From NCBI RefSeq assembly GCF_009914755.1, contig NC_060929.1: 64,000 nucleotides of DNA, one strand, 5' to 3'. The notes under the pieces were generated by a model. That model made no database searches. It was not told where the DNA came from and worked only from the letters and a program-made list of their open reading frames with translations. Both the position numbers and the translations under genes were made by a program. Shown here piece by piece: positions 1-16,490 of this stretch; the first letter of the stretch is position 1, and every line of letters starts with the position of its first letter. This DNA is from the human T2T-CHM13v2.0 reference genome, Homo sapiens.

Positions 1-2798
1 CGTGATCATCAGCTGTGCCCCGCCCCCCAACCCTCCATTGCCCGATTCTGTAGTAAAGTCTTTTGGGACTGGCCTTGGACTTGGACTTTTGCTTCTTTTG
101 TGTCTTTACTGACTATCAGTGCAGGCCTGGATAAAGTTCTTGTTGCAGAACTTGCTACTGCACAAACTTTTGTTCCAGGGTTAGATCAGGAAGGATAGTA
201 AGGAAAACAGAGCTGTCTCCAAAAGGTGGGATAGAAAGCTGTCCTTTAGAAGTTAAATTATAAATCAAGCCAATCAGAGCAAAGATACAAAATGTCTCCA
301 TAAAGAAAAATAAGGGCTGCGAGACCTTACTGAGTAATGTTACTCAGTAACGCCTTGCTCTATCTAAAAATGTCCATCTGAGGAGAGGCGGCCTGGGTAC
401 CATAATACAGAGAGCCTCATCGACACAAACAGATGGTGTCCACCAGGCCCCATCTAGGGAGAAGGGCTGGCCAGGCCAGCAGGGATGAGTGAACAGTACT
501 TCCTATAGGTTTTGACCTGTGTTGTGGAAAGAGACATCCCACATTGCCCGAGCCTGATATCATCAAACATTTAAGTCAGACAATTCACTCTTCCGATTCT
601 GATTTTAGGCTCACTAAGCCACCTTCTGACTATGGGGCTCCAAACTGCATGGCTACAAGAAGAGAATGTGTTCATCAGGTGGCCTCGAGTCCAGTGTTCC
701 TGACAGTCTTGCTTCTAACAGGAATGGATAAGCTTCAGGTTTTGGGGTCAGATGGCCTTGATTCAAACCCTGCCACTAACATACATAGTAACTATGTGAC
801 CTTGGGATTTCCTTCATCTTTTTTTCTCCCAAATGAAAAATAAATAGATTATAATATACCACATGATAGTAGGGAGAAATAATGAGGTAATAATGCATGT
901 AATGCATTTAGCATAGCACTTCTCTAGCAAATAGTGAATGAAATCAGTCAGTTGTCATTCTGACTTTATGCAACAGTGCTAATTGACTCTGGTACACTGG
1001 AAGTCAGATGAGATTTTTGGCCCCACAAAGTCAAGGACCAAACCTGGACCTTGGGAAGTTGCCAAGATGAAAAACATCAGGCCGGCCTTGACCTCCTGAT
1101 GCTCTCTGTTCACATGTGTGATGTCTATAAAAGGTAACCAGGATTTGGCTTATCTGCTTACATCTCTTCCTGTCTTTTCCTGATCTTCATCTTCCCAAAC
1201 ATAGTTTTTATGCAGAAGCAGATTTAACTCTACTTTGCTATCTTGGAGTCAAGAATTGTCCTATAAGGAGGAAGAGGCTCCAAGGCTTGCCTTTTTTGTT
1301 TTTTCTTTTTCCTTCATACTACAGACTAAAAGTAGCATCTTCTGGACAGAGAAACAGGCTGTTGTTTTTCTAAGGTCATCATTTGGCCTGCCCCACTTTC
1401 CCACCTGCTCTTGAGGGAACTATTGCAAGGACACATACAAGCCCCTACATCAGTCACAGACCAGGGCCTCCATCTTGCAGGGAATGTGCCCAAATTACAA
1501 ACAGGTAAACCAAAGTGACTCTGGGCAGATTTAATAGCTCATTTTGGTTTCTTGTTCCAGTTATAACAGACTGCTCTGTGTTTGCTCTATGGCAAAAACT
1601 TTTATGTTTGCTTTGCAACAAACGTACAGACAGGGCAAACTGTGTTTGGAGTATGGTGTCTTACCAATATTTTCTAAAAGCAAGTGAATAGAAATGCTTG
1701 CAAAAGTATTTTCAGACCTCAGTGGCCAGCGCTGAACACCGCTGTAGGAATGTCCATCAAACGTTGTGGCCATGCTCCACTCTAACAAAAACCTGGTTCC
1801 GTGGCATAATTGTGGGGGCTAATTGTCAGGCTAAGTTTCAGACACCTTCCAAAAAAAATTGCAGGGCTTCCTCAGTCTTTAAACTCCAGATAATATTGTC
1901 CAAACTTTGACAACTAACCTGTTATCATGGAGATAGCTCCAAGTTGATGGACTGGCCATTAGAGAATGTCTATCAAGCATCCAGGTAAATGACTTGGTTG
2001 CTGCCCTCAAGGAACCCACTTAGAGGCTGTCAGAAAATTTTAAGTATTTTCTTCCTTCTATTGTTCATTCCTAAAATTCTGGCAGTAGGTATGATTATTA
2101 TTATTCCCATCCCACAGGGGAAGTAATTAAGTCTAACTACTTGAATATTTTGCCCCAAATCACTGACAGTAAGAGACGGCCAGACACTGAAACCTGGAAT
2201 CTCTAAATGTTTAGATATTGATGGGCACCGCTTAGACCAGGGAGTCCAAACCATAGGCTTGCTGTTCCAGTTTCTCTTATCGGATGAAGGGACCCCCATT
2301 TCACCGACGTCATTGACTTTTGGGTTCTCCGCTGACCCCAGATGAGATGCCTGGTACCTCATGGTCAAGTCCCCTCCAACGGGGACTCCTCAGAGGCTTG
2401 GTCCCAGTTGCTCAGGCTGCCATCTGCCTCCTCAGGCCAGAGCCCGAGGCGCCGCCAGCGGTCAGGTCCCGGGCCGGCTGCCAGCCACAGGCCCAAGTAA
2501 ACGCTGAATGAAGGGCAGATGGAGGAACCTGTCCCGGTCGGCCGAAGCGCCGCGGGCGCCTTTCCACTTACGGCGGGCCTGCCCAGCCTCCCGCCCAGCC
2601 CGGGCCCGGGTCCCGCCGAGGCAGGTGTGCGTGGCGGACTAGCTCTCGGGCACTCGGCTGGCCCAGCTCCACCCCGAACGCCACCGGGCCAGGCCACGCG
2701 CAGACCCGAGCCCGGGGCCCCCGCCTCTGGCTGCCGGCCCGCGCCCGCCGCGCGCCCCGCGTTCACTGCGCGCTCGGCCCCGGTCCCGCCTCCCGGAG

Positions 2799-2845
2799 GG
2801 TTTCGCTTTCGCTTTCCTGCCGATGTCGTTGAGGAAAATGAAAGC
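2799..2845. promoter_or_regulatory. Tandem IRF-E/ISRE elements at the presumed TSS
   Basis: GGTTTCGCTTTCGCTTTCC at 2799-2817 reads GGAAAGCGAAAGCGAAACC on the minus strand (three GAAA cores with 2-nt spacers). GGAAAATGAAAGC at 2833-2845 is on the plus strand. Both fit the GAAANNGAAA IRF consensus. Confidence 0.75.
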
Positions 2846-2952
2846 GGTCGTGGCCAGGACTGGCGCAGCTGCCGTTTCAGGCGAGGGGCGCAGAATGCAG
2901 CGGCCGCCAGCCTGGAGCGCGGGCCCTGGGGCCGCAGCCCGCGCCGGGCGAG
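2800..2952 (+). ncRNA. CARINH: Exon 1 (start approximate)
   Basis: Donor GAG|gtaagc at 2952/2953 inside the CpG island. Confidence 0.7.
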
Positions 2953-4180
2953 GTAAGCACAGCCCCTTCGCGGCCGCCTCGCGGGCTCCTCCTTGCGGAC
3001 CCGGCGGGCCCGACGCCAGGCGTTTGACCCGGGCAGGGTCGGGGGTTCTGCCGTGGGGGCGGGGAGGGCCTGAGAAGCGGCACCCTTGGGTTTCGTGGCT
3101 TTGAGCCTCCAGGCCAGGCTGGAAGACCTGGGAGGCCTCAGACAAGCGTGCCAAGGGGCTAGCAGCCCGGGGTCGAGCTGGAACCGTGGCAAGTCGGGCC
3201 ACCTGAGCACGCCTTTCCCTTTTGTAGAGCACCGACCTCCCTGGGTGTTGGTAAAAATCAAAAGTGGGAGGGTGTACGTAAAATGCTGAACAGAATGCCT
3301 AACCTGAGCTCATAATCTACTCCCTCTGACCTGTCAGACTCATTTTTCCCACTGGGCCCCACCCCATACCTCATGTAGTTTGCTTACGTTTCCTAGATCT
3401 GGTGCACCTGGGGGCACTTGGAGTGCCTTCCAAGTGTTCCTTGACCGAGCAAGCTGGCAGCTCATCTCCCTTGATCACGGGCATGGAGAGCAACTAGGCC
3501 AGGATGTGGCCCCCTTGCCCTGGCCCTGTCCATGTGAAGTCAGGGCCTTACTCTGCTGGGGCCCCCATCCCGGGGCTAGCATAGATGTCAGGGATAGGTG
3601 CACTCACAGACCGAGTCCTTCCCAGACCAGGAAATTTCCAGTCCACTGCATCTGCCAGCAGAAGCATGAAAGATGCGTGCCACCTTGTCTTTGCCCTTCG
3701 TCAAGTATAGCCAACTCATTCTTGGTATGCAGGAAGGGGGTTCCACCCCAGGGCTGTGGAAACAGCCCCTGCCCTTAGGGCGTTCCCATCCCCTGAGGAG
3801 AGAAAATATGTATTCAAGTTACCCATCAGGCAGGTTGTGTAGAACAAGGACAGGTGAGTGAAAGAGCTAAGAGCTGAGAGTAAAGTGACTAAATCATCAG
3901 AAACTTTACATTTAAGTTATGACAGGTTTTGCAGGCCAATACCAAGAATCCCCTTTAACTCAATTTTTGTCTCAATAATAATGAATTCAGCCTAATCACA
4001 CAGATCTGATCATACGGCCCATTACTGAAACAAAACTTGAATGATCTTTACTTTGAGAAAACCATCTGAATTTGACAAAAGATGGTCTAAGTTCCTAAGT
4101 TTCAAAACATGGAGTCCGCCGCTGCCCTACCTCAGCAGGATGGTGTTGAGTACTGATTGCTTTTAGAAAATGCTGCTCTT

Positions 4181-4652
<472 letters not shown>

Positions 4653-4659
4653 CTAGTAA

Positions 4660-6215
<1,556 letters not shown>

Positions 6216-7341
6216 TAAGTATGTTTTCTCACGTCTCTTTTTCCTTACCTTTTCCCCACAGGCACATATACACATAGGTATCTGCCTGGGAATTATTAAA
6301 ATAACCTGAACAATTCCAATTGTTATTAATTCTTCTTGCTTCAAAATACAATTTCCTTTTTCTATGTTAGAAATATTAACAATTGCATTAATCTACAATC
6401 TAACCTATTTGTACAATTGCATATTATACCAGGATAGGAAAGTTTAAACATGTATTTCTTTTAGACTTTTCATTGAATTGCTGAAAATTCATAGTGAATT
6501 GTATCTTGAGTAATGCTTCTCTGAGTCTCTTATTTCCCAAAAGTATACTTTGGAATCCATGCAATTCTGATCGTTGTTTGACCTTTGCTGGCACAAAGGC
6601 ATTCTGAAATATTTGCAAATGCTAAAGTCACTTCCTCATCTTTTACAGAGTTTACTTCAGCTTGGTGAAACCAAGTGCAGTATCAGTTTGTTGTAAGCTT
6701 ACCACTAATTAAAGGTTCATAAAATAGCCCTGCCCTAGGGTCAGGGACTAGCTAGAAGAGCATGAAAATAGCCTTTGAAGATTCAGCTGCTGGATATTTT
6801 ACATCAAAAAGCTGAAACGTTTTAACTATTTTAATATTTTGTTTATAGTACTTAATATTTGTGAACGTGAAGTAAAATGGACACAGTCATAGTAAAACTG
6901 TGGTAAAACTAACTTGGATGGTGTTTGGGCTGTGGTTATCAGAAGCTGCTTAAAGTGTCCATGCCTTTTATCCCAGTTCTACTTCCAGGAATATGTCCTA
7001 AGGCATGTTTTCATATGAGGTTATTTCAGGTGGCGCAGGGTAATTCTAGTTGGGACACATTTGCCACATTGTCTAACACTGACTCACAGTGAGAAAGTTA
7101 TTCCCATGCTCAATTCCTTTTCAGTCTTCTGATCAACGGAAGGTGAAAAACTTTAGCTTGGTGCTAGCATACCTTTAACACCTCTCTAAGCCTCTCTAAT
7201 CTCCCATTTTATATAAAAGAATGGGCAAAGGGGTAGCAGTATTTTGACTATATTTTAACCACAGTGTTTTTTTATTCCAATAAAACCTATTATGATTGCC
7301 TTCATTTATGGCATATGATGTTGGTTTTCCACTTAAATAAG

Positions 7342-7652
7342 TTTTGTTTGTTTGTTTGTTTGTTTTTTGAGACAGAGTCTTGTCCTGTTGTCCAGGCTAG
7401 AGTGCAGTGGCATGATCTTGGCTCACTGCAACTTCTGCTTCATAGGTTCAAGCGATTCTTGTGCCTCAGCCTCTTGAGTAGCTGGGACTACAGGCACGCA
7501 CCACCACACCCGGCTGATTTTTTGTATTTTTAGTACAGACGGGGTTTCGCCATGTTGCCCAGGCTGGTCTTGAACTCTTGAGCTCAGGCAATCCGCCTGC
7601 CTTGTTCTCCCAAAGTGCTAGGATTACAGGTGTGAGCCACTACACCGAGTCA
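7342..7652 (-). mobile_element. Alu
   Basis: (TTTG)n tail and reverse Alu consensus. Confidence 0.93.
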
Positions 7653-8057
7653 GGTTTGCTTTTAAAATACATTTGTTTAAGGACAGAAATGAGTTGATGT
7701 AAAGAGAAATGTTAAGTACATTACAGATGGTAATTAATTATAGCAAAATAGTAATGGCAATGCATGGATGTAGGAAATAGGACCCTAAGGAAATAATCAG
7801 AGCTATAGACATAGATTTATATCTAGGGATATTCCCGTAGATGAGGAGGTTCCTCCCAATGACTTATGTTACCATAAAGTTAGAAACTACTCAGTTGTTC
7901 AGCAATTAGGGATTGGTTAAGTGATTTTCCTACTTTCATATGATGGAATACTAGCATTATGAAAAACTGTATTTAATACATGGAGGATTATATACTGTTA
8001 TATAAAACTGGTTATAAAAGTATATACAGTATTGTAATTTTGTTAAAAATGAAGTAT

Positions 8058-8058
8058 G

Positions 8059-8108
<50 letters not shown>

Positions 8109-8109
8109 C
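8058..8109. repeat. (TG)n microsatellite followed by (CG)4
   Basis: Read directly. Confidence 0.97.
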
Positions 8110-9260
8110 CTGTGCCGAAATCAATGGGGAAAAAAGACTGGAAGAAAATATTTCCAAATGGGTTATCTCTGGATCATTGGACTACAGGAGTTGTTTGTGT
8201 TTTCCAGTAATAGACATGTCACTTTTGTCACCAGAAAAATATATCTATTTTTAAATTAACATGCTCCTACACTGACAGGACTACCTGGTATTTTGTCATC
8301 TGCAGGCATTCCTGGGTCCTTTCATGTTCTTACAATTCAGTTAGGTCCCTGTGGCCTGCTGCAACATCATGGGGAAATAGTACGGTTAAGACGTCATTGT
8401 CATCTCTCAGTACAGTCCAAGGTACTTGGTTTTGGAGTGTGCATATTTATATTTTTGGAGTAGAATGGGAGAATGTTTCTAAAATTCTCTCGAATAATTT
8501 TTATTGCTTTTTCTTCTTGACAGCTCCATTAAACAGGACCAAATTAGGATCCCATTTTTTAAGTAGGTCTGGATTATTAACCAAGAATAGAGTAGACGCT
8601 GAGTCTCCTAGTTTCTTGTTTAGTCTTTCTTTAATTTCTGCATTTTCTACTGACCATGAAGTTTTTAGATGTTAGATTTAATCATGGTTCTGTATCACCT
8701 GTGTTGGAGATGTGTATATTTAAATCTGGACACCTCTCTTCCAGAATTACAAAATCTCTGTTCACGGAAAAAAAAAAAAAAAGTTCGCTGCAAGGCTTAA
8801 TGCTTGGCAGAAATAATTGCTACCTTTTGCCTAGTAAAAATTCCCCACGTGTTCTTTCTTAGGGCTTGTTCCTGGAGACTCTTGAACTTTTTTGTGGGAA
8901 TGGGGTTGGCAGGTTAAGTGAGTAAATGGTGCATCTGCCTGGGAGTGGTCTACAGCCCTGGTGTGAGCTTCCTCCTTCTGTAAAGCTGCTGGGCTGTAGC
9001 CAGGGTGAGCCAGCCAGGGCCTGAGCCTGAAAGAGGCCTGTTGTGGCATTCCAGTAACATCTGCCAGATTGCAGCGAGACCTTTGACTGGTCAGCTCTTC
9101 CCCTGCTGGGGTCCTTCAACTGCACCACTCCTCTCCATCCCCACGGCCACCACTGTGGTGCAAGCTCTCACACCTCTTGCCTGGACCACAGCAGTGACCT
9201 CTAGCTGGTCCCTGCCTCGCCTCGCCCTTACGTCCAGTCTGGTTTTTTACAGGAGCTAGT

Positions 9261-9705
9261 ATGTCCTATTCTCCTATTGCTGCTGTAACAAATTACCACA
9301 AAATCAGTGCCTTAAAACAACACAAATTTACTCTTTTAGAAGTCCTGAAATTAAGGCTTTGGCAGGGCTGTGTTCCTTCTGGAGGCTCTAGAGGAGAATC
9401 GTTTTGTTGCTTTTTCCAGCTTCTAGAGGCCACTGCATTCCCTGGCTCAGGGCCCCTTCCTCCTCTTCGAAGCCAAGTCTTTCTCGTGCCACATCATTCT
9501 GAGGCTCCTCATCTGAAGTCAGATCTCCCCCTGCCTCCCTCTTATAAGGACACTTGTGATTATGTTGGGCCCACCTGGATAATCTCCAGTTCTCAGGACC
9601 CTTAACTCGATCACATTTGCAATGTCCCTTATGCCATATAGGGGAACATACAACCTCCAGGGATTCACACATAGACATCTTTGGCAGGGCCATTACTCAG
9701 CCTAC
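9261..9705 (-). mobile_element. MLT1-family MaLR LTR
   Basis: ATTGCTGCTGTAACAAATTACCAC...CTTAAAACAACACAAATTT is the reverse of an MLT1 3' end. Confidence 0.8.
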
Positions 9706-9931
9706 ATAGATAATCTTTTAAAAGTACACATCTAAATGCATTAATCCTCTGCCTAAGACCCTTGTGTGGTGCTCCAGTTCTCCAGGGTTAAGGCTCGAAC
9801 TCCTCTTGTGGCTGGGAGTGTCATGCAAGGGTCACCTACACTGCTTCTCCAGCTTCACCCTGCCTCCTGTCCCTGCCAACTACCCATGATCCAGCCTGTG
9901 CACAGGGTGTGCTTTTGACAGGGACACTGCT

Positions 9932-10657
<726 letters not shown>

Positions 10658-11632
10658 TTGCTCCTCCCCACACTCCATTTCAGGCCTCCCCTTAGACAAG
10701 GTCAGGCCTCCTTGAGATGCTCTCACAAGGACTACATGCAATTCTGCTATCACACCTATCACAGATTAACATCTTTGCATTTATTTAGGTGATTATTTGA
10801 CTAATAATAGATGTTCCTCTTATGTAAGTACTCCATACAGGCAGAGACCATGTCTATTTCTTACCCACAATTTTATCTGGCATAGTGCCTGGCATGCAGC
10901 TGTGGGCAAGAAATGACATGGTTAGTAAGTCCTTGGAAATAAGTGAATAAATGAATGGGTATTAACAGCATTGTCATTGTGCTCTATCTCTTTTTCCCTG
11001 CTTTTTCTTCTGCATGGCATTTGTCTCCTTTTCTACTGTTGCCTCCCCGCACTGGAACAGAAGCTTCGTGAGAACAGGGACTTTGTCTTGTGTGTTCGCT
11101 CCTCTCTTCCCAGGTCCTAGAACAGTGTCTCGTCCATAACAAACACTCAATGAATATTTAGGGAATGAATGTCTGCAAGATGCTGAGAATCTCTCATAGA
11201 GTTTTCATATGTGACCCCTCTTTGAAATTGGGTATTATCAAGTTATTCATTTTAATGATTCAACCTAATTCAGTAATCAGGCAATGGCAGAGACCTAAAA
11301 TATTTACCCGTTGTTGTGAGGATGAAATAAGTAAACAAGTGTAAGTTATTTAGAGCAGTGTCTGGTAACCACAGCCCTGTGTAAGAGTTTGCTGCTGTTG
11401 TTAAGAAATGCTTGACTTCTTGATATCTTAGAGTTTTTGCTGACTCTGCTGCCTGTGTTGGGATCCCAAGCAGAAACTGTTTGTGGCCCAGCAGGTGTTG
11501 GCACTGGGTGAGTGCTTCTGGCTCTTGTCCCACGACGGGCATCCAGGTCTTCCAGCGGCCTGAGGATATAGGAGGGGCTTCAGGCGGATGATTGGGGCCG
11601 TTGCTTATGTTTTTTCCTTGTTTGGCCTGCAG

Positions 11633-11750
11633 GTGGCAGCACACCCTGGGCCCCCCACTCCCCGCCGCAAGTCCTGAGGATGGCCAGCAGAGAAACAAGA
11701 AAATGGACTCCCTGGCTGCTGGAGAGTTGAATGCCAGCCACCAGCCATGG
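11633..11750 (+). ncRNA. CARINH: Exon 2 (118 nt)
   Basis: Acceptor tttttccttgtttggcctgcag|GTG and donor TGG|gtgagt. Confidence 0.85.
11703..11750 (+). CDS. C5orf56: Putative 126-aa ORF, segment 1 (MDSLAAGELNASHQPW); coding status doubtful
   Basis: ATG at 11703 in context AAAATGG, then 48 nt to the donor (phase 0). Confidence 0.45.
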
Positions 11751-13660
11751 GTGAGTGGAGAGCCTGACCGGAGTTTTTCTCTAATTTGTTCTGCATTATT
11801 TGTGTTTTGATATATGAATTGGTGTAAATCACATGTGTTCAATTTTGAGGCCATTTGTTGATTTTTGCGGTTTATTTACAAAAACAACAAACAATAGCAG
11901 TGAAACCAGAATTATTCCTGCAATGTTTCAGAGAGTATGAGGGACAAGGGCGCATCCTCTGCATTGTAAGTGTGACTTCCCTTCCCTTCTGCATCTTGGG
12001 CCTGTCTCCTTTGCCATCCAGGTAGGAGGTATCCACCCAGAATAGTTCAACAAGTGTGTGGCAAGCTGGGAGTGTGAGGTGTTCTTCACGGGGACCCTGC
12101 AGTCCTTCTTCCAGTCACTCCCAGGGTGGACTATTCTGCACTGTCATGCCTGGCCCCTAAGAACCCAGGGTTTCCATCTGCCTGCACAGGCCTTTCAGCC
12201 CCTTGGTGGACTTCTCCCGCTGACCCTCCCCTCTTCTCACCCCTATTAATTTCACAGCTCTATCTTATTTATCCCAAGATCCTATTTGTGCTGCATTCTG
12301 AGCACTTGAATGAGGATTGTTTATTTTCTGTTTTGATCACATTTGTTAGCTTTGTGCTTAGAATAAAATAATTTCAGTTTCATAAATGGGAATAAGCCCT
12401 TATGTCAAGGGCCACTACATCACTTCTTGGCATTCCAGTGAGGGGTCTAGTGAAGAGCTTCCCTGAATTTCAGTACCTTTCAAGGCCTCTCTTGAAAGAA
12501 TGTGGAATTAATTTGGGTGGAGGCTTGTGCATGGACTTTTTTCTGAGTGTATTTGGCCAGTGGGCCAATGGGGAAGCAGAGGCATGGACAGAGAGAGGAA
12601 TGCGGCAGAAGGAGAAGCTGGGGCTGCAGGATGCCATTTGCTGTTTGTATGGCTTCCCATGGCCCACTGTAGTGGCTAGAGGGCACTGCCAGGAATCCTT
12701 CATGTGGCTGTTGCTTGCTGTTGGGGAACATGATTCAGAGCTGTGTAGCTCCATGTCCAGTTCCACTCTGCATCTCACTCACAAAGCTCTAGCGTTGGGC
12801 TGCTGGGTTTTGGTGAAAGCAGGTGCTATGAATATATTGAAGGACAAATCAGTCCCTAAGGGACTTCGATAGACGCAGTCCTAAAAACATTTCCGGCCTG
12901 GTTTCTTTTTTTTAAACACCAGTTAACCGTTTTCAGTTTAACTGTGTTTTCCTTCCTGAAACCTTTAAGTGAGACTAATTGGTATGATTTTTTTTTGTAT
13001 GCTTTGTTTTTAGGGAGTTTCTCAACTTGTCAAGTCTGCGTTGCAGACAGAGATGAAATGATTTTTTTTTCCCACACAGACCAAGCATGCAGAAATGGGA
13101 ATGATTTAAGTTTGTCTTTAATTTAATTTCTATATCTTTCTTTTCCTTTCCTTGGGAAATAGAGGAAATACTTGGGGGCATTTTCACCAAATTGTAACTT
13201 GTAACTTCACAAGAGCCCATCAGCAGGAATTTCTATGCGTGTTTTAATGCCTGGTTGGGGGAGACATGAAATGACAACAGACAGTTGCCCTCAAGGATCC
13301 TTTGTTCTGTTTGGGGAATCAAAACTGTGTTCCTCCCTGTAACACCAAATACTAGAGCCCCAGGGGCAGGTCCCATCATGAATGCCCAGTAGTCAGTGCC
13401 AAAAAAACCCAAGTCAGGGAAGACTATGAGACCTGCCTCTGGGGCTCTAGTAAATTCAGATGAGAGAAAAGAAGGTGGGTGGTGTTTCCAGGCACACAGG
13501 TGTGAGAAGGACTAGGGAGCACTTAGGTCCAACTTGAACATTATTTGGAGGAGTGCAGAGAGATTGTATTGGACAGGTTGGTTAACCAGATTTCAGTGGT
13601 GGTGAGAGTTTGACTATCAAGCCAAGGAGTTTGAATTTGATACCATAAGGAATAGGAAGT

Positions 13661-14347
<687 letters not shown>

Positions 14348-16264
14348 CTACGTCACTTTTTATAAGGAATTTGAGCATCGTGGCTTTTGGTATCTGAGGA
14401 GCTGTCCTGGAACCAATTCCTCGAAGATGCTGAGGGACAACTGTAATAGGCTTCTGAATGGGGGACAACTGACTGTTTTAAATAGGAACTTTTATTTCCA
14501 TTTTACATCTGCTTTTCAAATAATGTCTTTTCAAATAATTCTCCAAGGTCACAGGTTGGTGGGTGGGGCTTAGATCTGCCAGACTCCAGAGTCCATGTAC
14601 ACGCTAACCCCTGCACTGGCTTGCATTATCTCCAGACACAGGTTGGCCTGCATGTGACCAAGGCTCCACCCAGCCCTGACCTTGGATGACTCTGAGTCTA
14701 TACATAGCTGCATTTGCGTGTCAGCCTCACTCCCTGGGCTGAACTGTTTATAGGGTGAAAGGGGACTTTGGGTAAGTCACTTCCCTGTCTTTCTGAGACT
14801 CTAGGAAATCAGGGGCAGGAACTCAGCTACGCATCCATGGTCTGCACAGCAGCAGCCCAGATAAGTTCCAAGAGCTGCAGAGGCTGTCAGAGAAGCTTCA
14901 GAGCTGTAGGTCCCTGGGCAAGTCTCCTCCAAAGTGGGAGCTGCAGGGCTGATGCGGATCCAGGCAAGGTGACAGCACAGCACAAGTTGACTCCTGTTAC
15001 TGCCCTAATCGTCCAGCATAGGCAGGAGGAGTTGGGGATTTGAAGTTTGAAGTTCGAGGAGTTGAACTTTGAAGTTCTTTATGCATTCCTTTGTCATTCC
15101 TTCATAGAATATTCAGCAAATAACTTAGCACCTAATTGTTCCAGGTCTGGCCCTGGGCCCTGGGCTTACAGCAAGGAACAAAACAACCCAAGTCCCTGCC
15201 CTGGTGCCACTTACATTCCAGTTGGGGAGACAGACAATGTATAACACAATGTTAAGGAGCAGTGAAGTAGAAGAGGAAAGCAGGGAGAGGGGATAGAGTA
15301 CTAGGGCCAGAGACCTAGAGGTCCAGGAAGGCCTCTCTAAGGAGGAGCATTTGTGCAGAAACCTGGCATTTGAGCTAGCCAGGGAGCTAGCAATGTGAAT
15401 GTCTAGGTTGCAGGCAGAGGGAATGGCAAGTTCATAGACCTGAGGTGGGATTGCCTGGGAAGCAGCGAGTAGGGCAACGCATTAGGGAGAGAGGAGAGTG
15501 GGAAGAGCCCAGGCTGCATGGGGCCAGACCTTGCCACCTTGCCAGCTATTGAAGAAAGGTAGGGTTTTGTTCTTTCTCCAGCTCTAAGGTATGTTTCAGG
15601 CATCGTTCCTGGCTGACTGGCTCTAAATCTGCAGCCCTCCCAGAGAGCCTTTGATCAACCCAGTATCCTCCTATATCATCCCTTTTCTGGCTGAACTAAC
15701 CACTGTTCATTCTGTTGTCTACAACTATGAACCCTGCCTAATACAGAGCTTTGGAGGAGGAGGAGAGTGCCAACCAGCTTTATAAGGAAATTAAATATGT
15801 TTTTAAGGTTGGAAAAGATGCACTTGGATATTATACTAAAACGTTTAAACTTTGGTAGAAAGGGCTCCACCTTGGCCATGCAAAGGGGCCTTTGTCATCA
15901 CTGTTTCCTCCCCTAGGAGCCAGGAGGCTGGGGTCAGTCTCCTCCTTACCTGCCAGCCAGGGGCCTAAGCTGGTCACCCTTGCTTGACCTTCGTGGTCTC
16001 ACCTGTATAATTCAGTTAGTTATATTATTCCTGCCTGAAGGGAAAGAGGAATGACTTATTGAGGGTCATTTCTATGTTGGAGGTCTCTGATGTTGCGAAT
16101 AAGTTCCACAGAAGGTTCTTGGGGGTTAGGACTCTTCCCTGAATTATGTCTGGGCGGGGCAGGGGGTGATTTATGTTTATTTTATGCATCCTCCCCACTT
16201 TTTTTTTTTTGCTTTCAAAACACTTTTACCTCTGTCCTTGATCTCTGTAAAAGGGCTCTGTATG

Positions 16265-16490
16265 TTACAGTGGTTAAGAGCATGGAAAAACAGATGTGGT
16301 ACTGAGTGCCAGGTCCACCTTTGCTAAGTTTGTCACTTTGGGCATGTCCCCTAACCAGCCTGTTCCACAGTTTCCTCATCTGAGAATGGGTATGAAAATA
16401 GTAGCTACTGCAAAGGGTGCTGTGAGAATAAATATGATAATGCACCCAACACAATTCCTGACCCAGAGTACAGCCTCCCTGAAGGTCAGC
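16265..16490 (+). mobile_element. MIR (other MIR-like segments near 735-930, 11250-11400, 17325-17540, 36960-37070, 57880-58000, 59200-59520, 63480-63580)
   Basis: GTGGTTAAGAGCATGG...CAGTTTCCTCATCTGAGAATGGG MIR core. Confidence 0.7.

Larger units (their letters stand above)
2440..3240. promoter_or_regulatory. CpG island promoter of the + strand spliced transcript
   Basis: Abrupt GC- and CpG-rich segment in an otherwise CpG-depleted window, with several GC-box-like motifs (CCCGCC, GGGGCGGGG) and a strong splice donor at 2952/2953. Boundaries approximate. Confidence 0.92.

Noticed and set aside
2365-3261. 298-aa minus-strand ORF and the other long overlapping ORFs in the CpG island
   Set aside because: Ala/Arg/Gly/Pro-rich open frames on both strands are expected from stop-codon scarcity in GC-rich DNA; no recognisable domain.
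11612-11639. Similarity between the exon 2 and exon 3 acceptors (TTTCCTTGTTT...GCAG|GTG.CAG)
   Set aside because: Mostly explained by the acceptor consensus; no homology extends into the exons.
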